DNA of 64,000 nucleotides from Dendrobates tinctorius (Eukaryota): NCBI RefSeq assembly GCF_039654945.1, contig NW_027361751.1, positions 23,932,001 to 23,996,000 of the forward strand, read 5' to 3'. Shown piece by piece: positions 14,046 to 24,583 of this stretch (position 1 is its first letter; each line of letters starts with the position of its first letter). The notes under the pieces were generated by a model. It saw only the letters and a program-made list of their open reading frames with translations, ran no database searches and was not told where the DNA came from. The position numbers and the translations under genes were made by a program.

Positions 14046-14586
14046 CGTTAAAATAATTTGTATACATGAAGCCAATTGGGCCTGATTTTATTGAAAAACC
14101 CATCTTAAAAAGATAACCGATACCACAAACATGGAAGCGGTTTAGGCTGTCCTTATTTCGGGCCAACGTCCAAAAGCAGATGGTGGGCAAATAGAAGGAT
14201 CAGGCATGTTGGATTTCAACATGCCCAACCAACTGTTCCAGTGGAACAGAAAACACTATCAGAGGGGGGTGGGCAGTCTCCTTTTCAAGAATCACACCCC
14301 CTTAAAGCCCTGGTGGAGCGTACACATTTATGAGAGAGATGGGAGGAATAGATGTCAGCTAAAAACATGTCTGACAGAGGCATCTGTGTGAGTGTAGGAG
14401 GACCCTTATGGTTGAGCACATTAACAAGTCACACCTCTATCCACCATAGTAAGGCGGTATCTTGATTGGCTTATAATGGCGGCACATCCACTTTTTACTT
14501 TGTATAGATTTCATACATTACCCTAAATGGCTGCACAGTTACTGAGATTTTACTGTACATCCAGCGTGTATACAATTCAGGAAAAT

Positions 14587-15306
14587 TCACATACGCAATA
14601 TAACCCCGTGTTTGTGAACAGTAAAGTCAATTTTGCCAGTCGGTTGTAACTGTGACCTCACTAACTGTCCGATATGCTCGCAGTAGCGCAGGTCACAGAA
14701 TATCCAGATCTCACCGATGTCCCGCTGCATTGTGGCGTTACAGCTTGGGAGGACGCCACGTCTGGTCATTCGGCTCACCTTATCCCACACTTCGTCTAAA
14801 CACTGACTGCCACAAACTGAAGGCAGAATCGTCCATCTTCCTCTATGATACAGATTCAGCTGGAGCCTACCCATGATGGATTTCAGCTCTGGAGAGGATG
14901 GAATGACTGAATCTTTGCTCCCAACTCTACGGGGGTACACGCTCCATGACCGCACGTACGTGTTCTCCGCATCACATACAATGCCGTCCTTTTCTGCCCC
15001 TTTCTTGTCATCAGTACTATGCGTATTTGCCTTAAATTCTAACAGATTCGGAGTGGGATCAGAACACATAGAAGGATCCACATTGACCGGATCAAAGGAG
15101 CCAAGATCAGCCACGGAAGACGGATCCACTGGAATAAGCGGAGGACATGTTTGAGGTTTTAGGGTAAAAGCCGACAAATGATTGGGAAACCATGGAACAA
15201 ATTTTGGCAAAAGTCGGAGAGGAAATTCTTCCAGTGAGCCGGTGGCTAGCTTTTGCAATCGCTCAGAGGCGATTTGATCAGGTCGGTAATGTAAAAAGAC
15301 TTCCAT
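14587..15306 (-). CDS. SHLD3: Shieldin complex subunit 3 (RINN1), 239 aa, single coding exon nested in TRAPPC13 intron 1
   Basis: MEVFLHYRP, FVPWFP, LKPQTCPP (REV7-binding-like), RSWSV, LPSCNATMQR, IWIFCD, VHKHGVI all align with recalled human SHLD3; conserved nesting; ATG at 15306 preferred over the ORF track's GTG at 15357. Confidence 0.95.
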   Translation of the reverse strand: MEVFLHYRPDQIASERLQKLATGSLEEFPLRLLPKFVPWFPNHLSAFTLKPQTCPPLIPVDPSSVADLGSFDPVNVDPSMCSDPTPNLLEFKANTHSTDDKKGAEKDGIVCDAENTYVRSWSVYPRRVGSKDSVIPSSPELKSIMGRLQLNLYHRGRWTILPSVCGSQCLDEVWDKVSRMTRRGVLPSCNATMQRDIGEIWIFCDLRYCEHIGQLVRSQLQPTGKIDFTVHKHGVILRM

Positions 15307-18300
15307 TTGTAGTATATTCACTGAGCACGACGTTACTGCCGATGCACAAGGCCACACATTTCGAATTCAGCGTTACAAAGTTTGTCGCAGTGCATACTAT
15401 CCACACAGCTGTCGGTAGGACGTCTCGGGGCAGCCGCAGCTCACCATCTTCCATGTCTTCTTATCGCATATGACGAGGACCTGAAGCAGAAGTATGGCAC
15501 AAAGTAGTTGGGATAATAGTCAGCACCGGTTTCCCCATGGCACTGCAGGGGCGGGTACATACTTATTATGTATACAAATATACACAAAAGGAAGGTTAGG
15601 GAATAAAACAGAAGGAAGAAATTATTGGGAGCGCACAAGCTATCAGGCTCTTTTCAGATGAGGCTGTATATTTAGATGCAATGAGCGCATGGCCTGGCTT
15701 CCTTTATCAGGCTGATGACCCATCTAGTTACACCATGGCCTCCTCAGACCCTAAAAACGGAGAAGCTGTGTCCCCACCAATGAGTTTATACTCATTTCTG
15801 TGTAGCAATACTATGTAAAGACATTGGTGACCATGTAGTGTCCAGTCACCCTCAGCCCGGCAGGATCTGGTCATTGAGGTGGCTTTACTCTGCATCGAAA
15901 AATGGTTGAAGGGATTGTCCCCTTTCAGAAAAGTTTTTCTATTTTAACAGTACTAAAAAAAAAACAAAAAACTAACAGTCTTTATTCCCTCTCCCCAGGT
16001 AGAGCGGGGTGTCACTGTCCTTGTCTAGGTTTCCTACAGCCCTGAAATGTCGACAGCGCTGCAGCCAATCAGTGAGCTTGGTTATTGCCTGCAGCGCTGT
16101 CAACGTGTCAGCAGAGGCTGGACTAGAGAGGGCAACCAAGCGCTCGACCCAGTGCTCGATCAGTTATTTTTATTTTTTACTACTAAAGGGGCTTATAAGG
16201 AGAAAGTTTCTGAATGAGAACAACCCCTTTAAATACGGTAACTGTGTAACCACAATACATTATTGGATCCCGAGTTCCAGCCTTCATTATAGTCCAGAGC
16301 TGCAGGTACAGAGTTTACAGGCACTCCTTCACCAGCTCACTAATGTAGGGGCACACAGCTCTCTAGGAGCTGAAGGTTTAAGGCCAACTTACACGAGCTG
16401 TCTGCAGCCATTTGACGCCCCCTGATTGGCAGTCATATACTGGCGGACCCTAAATTCTATACACAGAACAGTCGTTAATAAGTGAACGCATTTCTGTACT
16501 TTTTACTTTAAAAACGCTATGGCATTTCAGAGAAAATATACTTAGAAAACTCAACCAGCAACTAGCCCTAGCCGCCTGGTGCAAATAGCCCAAGAGGCAG
16601 CTCTACACCCCTATCCACTTGACTCACAGACCTCTTCCTTGCTCGCACACACATTGCTCAGGTAGCATGCAGAAGATAATTTCCTTTAAAGAAGCCCTCC
16701 TCACATCAAAACGTGTATGCTCTTAATATGTTGCATACATCATTTTATACAGCACTGTACTTACAATTGCTCATCTTGCCTTTCTACCCAGCTAATTCTT
16801 CTCTTTTCCATTAACTCTATGACATCATGTGAATAAAAATGGACGAGCTGAATCCTACACTGTGTAGAAACTGGAGGTCAATTTTCCCTTTGTCAGTCAT
16901 GAGTCATTGCAAAAGTCTCTGGCAGGGGGAGGAAGGAGCAACTGGGTCAGGAGGAGAAGAGGGGGATGATAAATGCAGAGACAAGAGACTTCCTGTTTCT
17001 ACATAGAGCAGAGAAAAGAAAAGAATTAGTTGGGTAGAAAGGGAAAACGAGCAATTGTAGGTGCACAGTGCTGTCCAATATGATGATTGCAATATATTAA
17101 AAGGAAAAAACTTCCATGGGTGGAGGAGGACTGCTTCTATAAAGGCTACAGCGCAATGGTGACAGCATATTTCTTCTGATAGACTTGTTTGGGTGAATGA
17201 AAGTACATAACTGAAGAGACCCCAGGAAATAGGCAGAGATTGTATGAGATTAGAAGAAAAGGTGCTGCTCTTACTTTACCATCATCACCCTTTTGCCCAT
17301 AGGCTGTGCCAGGTACTGTGGTCAGTTTACATTGACCGAATGGCATGACTCTGAACTTTACTTATCAGTGGTCATTTAATACCCTGATTACACAGGAAGA
17401 GCACAGTAACTGACACACATGGAGCTATCTGTACTTGGTTGCTCCCTGCACACAGGCTGCCATAGCTCGGCACAGTGCAAGTCCTGACTACACAGACCGA
17501 TGCATCGCCCAGAATGATCATTTCACCTGTTGAAAGTGCGTTTTGGTGCACCCTTGGCCAAAATAGTCCAAATCGCCTTCCTACTTATCCAATTTCAATC
17601 CATCTCTGGCCTCCTTCTCCATGATTGACATCTTGGCGTTACAGGAGCTATGGAAGGACAGAGATAGATGGAAAACAAGTAGGTTGGAAGACTGCAAGGA
17701 AATTGCTTGGCCCTGCCAATGATGCACAAAGCGCATGTGCTTGGTGTGGTCATTTTGTACAATTAAAGGCCAATTCACACATCAGCATTTGATCAGGATT
17801 TTTCATCAGTGTTTATATGCGAAAACCAGGAGCGGAAGTTAGAGAAAAACCATTCTTGAAAGATTGACACCTGTTCTGTGTTTTGAAGACACCCCTGGTT
17901 TTGGCACACAAATACTGATGTGTGAATAAAGCCCAAGACTGAGGATACGTAGCATCTCTGGATGAGCCATGCTGGTCCTCAGATAAGGCACGCGAGTACA
18001 TTAATGAAACGTGCTTTCTTGAAACTATTTCAGAACTGCACTTCAGCTCTTTAAAAAAAAATCCCAACCAAGCCTACCACCCGGGTACATGCAAGAAATA
18101 ACGAAGCCTATGCAGGGAAAGCCGTGTATGACAGGCAACCCAAACTCCTACCAGGCTGGATTCACTGCAAAGGACATTCCATGCCAATAGATGTGAAGTT
18201 TCAATTGGACACTGTGATCAATAGGATGTGAGACACAGGACGCCATGTATCCTGCACCTCCGGCCAAAGTGAGAACAACATTAGTGATTCAACGAATTAC

Positions 18301-19964
18301 ATCAAATATGACGTCAAACTAAAGAACTTTCACGCAAACACAATATTACAAGTCCCACAAATTATGCAAAAATGTTATATCATACGCAATCCTTTTTTGC
18401 CATTTGGCATAAAAATATGAAATGATTAGAGACTTTACCGTAGGGTTGGACTCAGGGAAATGACCGAATTACATGGACGAGTGCTACCCGTAGTTTAGAG
18501 AAATAGCACTTATCCCCCCATGTTATTTTATAGGGTTGTGCAAGTTTTTTTTTTTTATTCTCCACATCTGAGACACTTGGACCACACCTCAGACGTGGAG
18601 ACAACAGCCGTCTACACTTGCACTTAGATGCTGTAACATTCTGATCTAGTGCGATTGGCATTCGAACAATTTATTGCTGTGATAACCTGTTGGACGACAG
18701 CTCTGTCTCTCGACTTACCCCCTGACACAGGACAGTAAGGGTGGCTGTTTCTGTCTTCTGTATGGGCAGAGCAGCGTAAAGCCCGCCATACACATTAGAT
18801 GGCAGTCTGCCAAGAAATGGTTTGTCTGGCTCTCCCATTCACAGGAGTGTTCATTTGGCCGAGTGCTCCTGTGTGATCTATGGGAGAGTTGCTGCCAGAC
18901 AAGTCTGGCAGCAGCTTATCCCAAAAGAAAGATTGGCAGTCGGAAATTGGACATACCAGATGGAAATTTCTCTTATAACTCAGTGTCAGCAAACCAGGTG
19001 ATATCTGCAAGCTCGGGTGGACTTAGTCTAATAATGCAGTGTTTCCCAAACTCCGGTCCGAATCCCTCCTGCCCCCTCCCCTCCCAAAAAAACAAAAATG
19101 AGTTTGGATGTATGCGCCAACAGGGCCATAATGGTGCCAGCAGAGCAAACATGCTTTCTGCCATGAATAATTTTTGAGCAAGTCCTCCTACTGGAGGCAG
19201 ACAGACATAATAGACTGCATCTTGGTATCCGCCTCCAGTAGGCACATACGCTCAAAAACGATGACCGTCAGAGCCCATGTTTGCTCTGGTGACACCATTA
19301 TAGTCTATGGCCCCATCGGCGCATGTGTCCAAATTATGTTTTGCGGGGCGTTTGGATGGAAACTCAGATGGGAATGACAAATAAGTGCCTGAACACAATG
19401 TGATAGCAGCCTGATCGTCTGCCTCCAGTAGGCTTATACGCCGGAAAATGATGCACGGAGCAGTGCACACTCACTGTGTCGGCACCATTATAGACTACGG
19501 CTCAGTCGGTGCGTACGGCATAGTCCATGCAATGTGAAAGCACCTGAACATGAATAGGATGCTTAAAGGGGTTGCCCAGAACTTTAAAAACATGGCTGAT
19601 TCCTTTCAGACACAGCGCCACCCCTGCTGTGGGTTTGGTCTGGTATTGCAATTAATCTCCATTGAAGTGAATGGAGCAGAGCCCAGCTGTGCACACCCCG
19701 GAGGCCGGCAGACTGGGGGAGGAGGAGGGGAGTTGTCATTTATGGAAAGTAGGGACAAAACATGATCTGGCTTCTCCAGAGCAACCACTGCAGCGCCTGA
19801 CAGGAGAGGCGGGAGCGGCTCCTTACACCTGCTTTGCGAGACACGAGAGTAGACTGTGCAGAGGACCAAGGCTGGACAACTACAGGAAGTAGACCCCCCA
19901 CACTGACCCCGGCTCAGCCCGCGCCCACCCCAGTGCTCAGCACTCCCCCCACCGGCCTCGGTAC

Positions 19965-20010
19965 CTTTAAGAGCTAGTAGGTGCTCCTGTTTAGGCTGGT
20001 TGATGTCCAT
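19965..20010 (-). CDS. TRAPPC13: TRAPPC13 coding exon 1 (MDINQPKQEHLLALK), probably also the first exon of SHLD3 transcripts
   Basis: Matches recalled MEVNPPKQEHLLALK; donor AAAG|gtac, phase 1 fits exon 2. Confidence 0.95.
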
Positions 20011-20548
20011 GGCGCCTACACCGTCCGTGTCACTCCTAGGAAGGCTTCTACGGGTCCTCTCAGGGAACAAAATTCCTCCGCAAGATGATACTCCGGCGTG
20101 TGACGTCACCAGTGCGGCGCTCGGATCACGTGACCTTCCTTTTCTCGTTATAATAAGTGATATATAGTTATATCACATCCGTTACATGAAACACCGGCGA
20201 CACATAAGCGCAAAGGCCGAATTACATCGCCGTCCCCTACCTATATAATGACGTTGCTGCTTATTGCCCACACTAAAGATGGCCGACACTCGGTGCCGTC
20301 TATTTTATACAGTTGTGCAATTACTGGCAGAATTTGGATCGAACCATCATTACAAGGGGGGGGTAATTCGTTGTAATTTCACTTACAACTTTTGGAAAAT
20401 AAAATTACACTACTACTCACATAAAAGTGTTTTTCTGGGAGGTGATTTATTTTGATGGTTAGCTGTAAAAATGACATTTATATGTATCCCTCGCTGTTGT
20501 TCGTTACCCTCCACCCCCGCCAGTGCTTTGGTACAGCTAGTTGCCAAT
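20011..20548. promoter_or_regulatory. Bidirectional promoter/5'UTRs of TRAPPC13-SHLD3 and TRIM23
   Basis: Divergent ATGs 538 bp apart; CpG-rich flanks; CRE TGACGTCA 20101-20108; E-box TCACGTGAC 20126-20134; YY1-like AAGATGGCCG near 20277. Confidence 0.85.
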
Positions 20549-20650
20549 ATGGCCGTGGCTGCAGCCGCAGCAGCAAATAGGCACGGCTCAGCGAGCAGGA
20601 TGGAGAGTAGCAGCAGGCAGAGCCGGGTGGGCCCCGGAGGAGCAGTGAAG
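20549..20650 (+). CDS. TRIM23: TRIM23 coding exon 1 (MAVAAAAAANRH...GGAVK)
   Basis: 102 nt, AAG|gtgagc donor, phase 0, joins VLECGVC of exon 2 as in recalled TRIM23 (…VVK-VLECGVC). Confidence 0.88.
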
Positions 20651-22199
20651 GTGAGCGGGTGCCGGAGGGACGTGAGTGCATGGCGGTGTGACGGTGACAA
20701 CAGGGCCGGAGCGCGTCTGCCCGGCAGCCCTAGACTGCGCCTGCGCACGGTGCTGCCACGGGCAGATGTGGCTGCAGCGGAGCCGGAGTCTGCGGGCCGG
20801 GCTGCAAAGCCATCAGTGTGCGGCAAAGCCACCATGTGCACTATACAGAAAAACTGCGCTGGCTACCTGATTCTCCGAGTCAGTGCGATTGTGCGGATGC
20901 TACACGTGGAGTGGGCTTCACTTTTCTGTATTTAATAGCCCCTTAGGGGACTTGAAGCTGTGATTGCTGTAATGCCAGGCATGGGGGGGTCTTCAGCAGA
21001 CCCTCGGTTGTCAGCAACCCATCAGTGCCCTGTGATCGCTCATTTGCGTGCAATGACTCTTCCCCCCCCCCCCCCCCTTGCCAATGTATGTTAAATGCAG
21101 GTGACGGCGTGCGCTGCGCCGCCTGCTCTCGGTAAAGGCACATGATGGCTGATTAAATCGGCCATCACCTGCCAGGAAAGATGCAGGCTCAGTGTATGAG
21201 GCAGGGAGTGGGACACATGAGGCGTATGTTGGTTATGTCGTGAAGAGTTTAAGATCTGTCTGGATACAGTTATCCCTGAGAATCTGCCTCCAGAGCTTTT
21301 TATATAAAGGGGCATTACCTGTGTAATGGCCAGTCTCTCTTCTCCTAGCTCACTGCAGAGCTGTGTGTGATTATACCTGACCCATCTGCAGGTTCCTCTC
21401 AGCTTCCATCTCACAGGCAGACAGGGTTGTTATACAGCAGAGCTGTGAGAGCTGCAGCAAATGTATTTGTAAGAATTCAGTTCTGTGTTGGTTACAGGTC
21501 ACACACTGGTAATTCTTCCTTGTTTTAAATAAAAATCTCTATAAATGAATTAAAAAAACAAACAAATTTGAAATTGTCTCTGGAGGCAGATCCTCAGGGA
21601 GATGTGTTCGGCCCATAGTCTGGAACAGCTCATTTACATATAAGAAAAACATAGCTTTCTCTGGAATTAAACATCAGACAGCAGATATCAAGGTATCGTT
21701 TCATTCAGCTGTTGATGGGTTGATCCTACTGACAAATTAACTTTAGCTAAATATTTAATAAATTTTTCCAGTATAACCATTAAAAAGAATGCAAATATAT
21801 TCAGAAACCTTTTCTCGAGATTAAATTGCTGTAAATTAAAGGAACTACAAGGCAAAACTCAATACTATAGAGTAGTAGGGATCGTTCTCTCCAGTGATGG
21901 AAAAACCAAAATGCCAGATAATACACTGAAAACTAAAATGTAGCTAGACTTTCTAGTAACGCTTTCAGAGGGATATATTAGACACCACTGTATACTAGCG
22001 CTGATTATTAAACCATCAAATAAAACTTAAGTTAACTACACAAAAGACAGGACAGACACAAGGTAGGATGAGGAGGGGGAGAAAAGCACAAAACCTGTAG
22101 CAGTAAGGATAAAGAAGAACCTTAGGTGCTACTTTGAGCCCAATAATAATCCGAAGGGGCCCATACAATGTCAAATCTGTCCATACACTCATTCATCAA

Positions 22200-22575
22200 G
22201 GCCGTCGTGTATTCCAGCCTACGAATGTCAGTGATTCTGTTCTGCAAATGTTGATTGGGGGGGAGAGGTCGGCTTCCAGTGAAGAGCTATTAGATGCTTT
22301 TCTAGGCTATTACTTCATATTCTTGATGCTGCAGAGTTCTTTCCCATCCCTCTGAGAGGGACTTTTAAAAGATAAATAGCTGGATCCAGTCTCGCCTCCA
22401 CAAAAAGGACCCCCGCATATCAAAGCCTTAACCTCTACCCAAAATTCGATGATCTCAGGACAAGACCAAAAGATATGGAACTGTGAACCTACCTCCAAAC
22501 CACAACGCTAACAAAGGTTTGAAGGCTGAGGGTCCAATCTGTGGAGGAGGTCCAGGATGTGATGCCAGAACATCA
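22200..22575 (-). mobile_element. L1-clade LINE ORF2 C-terminal fragment
   Basis: Minus strand reads NLC*RCGLEVGSQFHIFWSCPEIIEFW, the L1 zinc-knuckle pattern, with a stop. Confidence 0.7.
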
Positions 22576-23126
22576 CTATTTTACTCTTCGCCACGACAGC
22601 ACCCACTGGAGGTATCGGATCCGCCCATTTGGAACAGGAAACCCTACAGGAAAGATAAAAGGGGCGGTCCGCCTTTCCTCCTCAGTTTTGGTTTCCTGTT
22701 CCAAATGGAGCAGGATCTTACCTGGGCCATGCATCCGCCTGTGCGGTCTCTTCGGGAACGGCAGGGGCTGCGGTCCGGAAGCAGCGTCAGGGGAGACTCC
22801 GTTTGACGGCTCCCCCCTCATCTGGTGGCATAGTGGTAATGGCCGGGTCCGGGGAGGGCCGCCCGGTCTTACCAGGGAGCGGGCCGGTCTGGCATCCGGG
22901 GGATCCCCCCCCCCCCATCAGTGGGGGTATAGCATGGATGGTGAGGCCATGAGCGCGCGTGTCAGTAGCGGTGGAGCGGGCCGGCGCCCGACGCTCCTAT
23001 ACCCCGGAAGTAATGGTTGAACTTCCGGGGTAAGATGGCGATGACGCGGCGCATGCGCCCTGTGTCAGGGCGACTTCCGGGGGTACGATAAGTGTATACA
23101 TAAAACAGCGCTGCAACGTTGGAACC

Positions 23127-24583
23127 ATGTCGTCCCCCGCAGAGTCGCAGACCCCAGCAGGGGATTCAGCTGGGGGCAACTCCACCAGGGACCGCAGCAC
23201 TAGGACAGAGACTGCCCGCAGGAGCGAGGCAGCAGAAACCCGATCCAAACCGTCTCAGCCATCCGAACCGGTATTAAGCTTCACTGGGTGAGTGTGCAAA
23301 GTATATGCTCTACCTATTAAGCTAACCCCCTCCCCCCTCTCTTTACCTTTGACCTCCCACTTCAGTCAAAGAAAAAAGGAAAAACAAAACATAAAGAATG
23401 CGCATTATGTTCAGAGCCTCTCCCTGACTCCTACCCCAAAAAACTCTGCAAACAATGCATTAAAGAGACCAGGCAGGGGTCGACGATATCTCCTAAGGAT
23501 ATCCAAGCCATAATTAGGGAGGAAATACAAGCCATCAACCGCGCCAGCACTCCCGCAGAGTCCAGTCATAGAAAACAGGTCATTGTTAGTTCAGAGTCAG
23601 AGGAAGAACAGGAGTTAAACTCAGGCTCCGCATCCACGTCCTCATCATCCTCGGAGGTGGAAGGACGCGCTTGTTTTCCACTGGACAGCGTAGATAACCT
23701 GGTAAAAGCGGTTAGAAATACTATGGGGTGTGAAGAGGAAAGGGGAGCCCAGACCGCGCAGGACATTATGTTTGCGGGATTGGCAGAGAAAAAGAGGAGA
23801 TCATTTCCAGTGATACCGGCAATTAAAGATCTCATCAAAAGGGAGTGGGAAAAACACGACCAGAGGGGTTTTCTCCCATCCGCTTCAAAACGGAAGTACC
23901 CGTTCACTGATGAAGATCTATTAAAATGGACTAAAATACCAAAGGTGGACGCTGTCATATCCTGCACTTCCAAACAAACCTCGATCCCGGTCGAGGACGC
24001 AGGATTGTTAGCAGACCCATTGGACCGAAAGGCTGAATCTTCGCTCAAAAGGTCCTGGGAATCCACCACCGGGGTATTCAAACCCGCAATAGCCAGCACA
24101 TGTACTGCTAGGTCAATGCTGGTATGGCTAGATCAATTAGACCAGCAGATTGAGCAAAGAGTGTCAAGGGAGAAACTGCGTGCAGCCATCCCGTTGATAA
24201 GAGGGGCAGCTGCCTTTATGGCAGACGCTTCAGCGGACACCCTAAGACTGGCAGCAAGGTCGGCAGCCCTGGTGAATAACGCCAGACGTGCGCTGTGGAT
24301 AAAGAGCTGGAAAGGGGATGCACAGTCAAAATCCAAAATTAGTGCAACCCCATGCGAGGGTGAGTTCCTCTTCGGAAAAGCCTTAGACGAAATTCTCGCC
24401 AAGGCAAAAGAAAGGAAAAAGGCCTTCAGTGATTCTCCCATTCCGTTTTATAGGAAAACCTTTAAGAGACGGCCATTCGGGAGAAGAAGACAATCGGACA
24501 GAACGAATAGATGGGCCACGAAAGACGAAAAGCAGAAGGGTACCATCTTCAGAGGGCCAACATATAGGAGAGATAGAAATTAA
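23127..24583 (+). CDS. DIRS-A Gag-like ORF1, predicted two exons 23127-23270 + 23366-24583 (453 aa), N-terminal CxxC..CxxC
   Basis: Frame open from 23366 (SKKKGKTKHKECALC...LCKQC) into ORF 23657..24583; upstream ATG exon is homologous in copy B; the splice is inferred. Confidence 0.75.

Noticed and set aside
15307-15357. 17-aa N-terminal extension of SHLD3 in the ORF track
   Set aside because: Starts at GTG; homology begins at ATG 15306.
18060-18730. Possible decayed Penelope-like fragment
   Set aside because: Only faint motif resemblance; too degenerate to support.
20413-20935. Long ORFs 20471..20935 (+), 20413..20841 (-) and 19606..20109 (-)
   Set aside because: Read-through of first exons into GC-rich intron or UTR, or antisense shadows; only the exon portions match known proteins.
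23566-24441. Antisense ORFs over DIRS gag, and similar ones over the Tc1 ORFs
   Set aside because: Shadow frames of coding sequence with no recognisable motifs.
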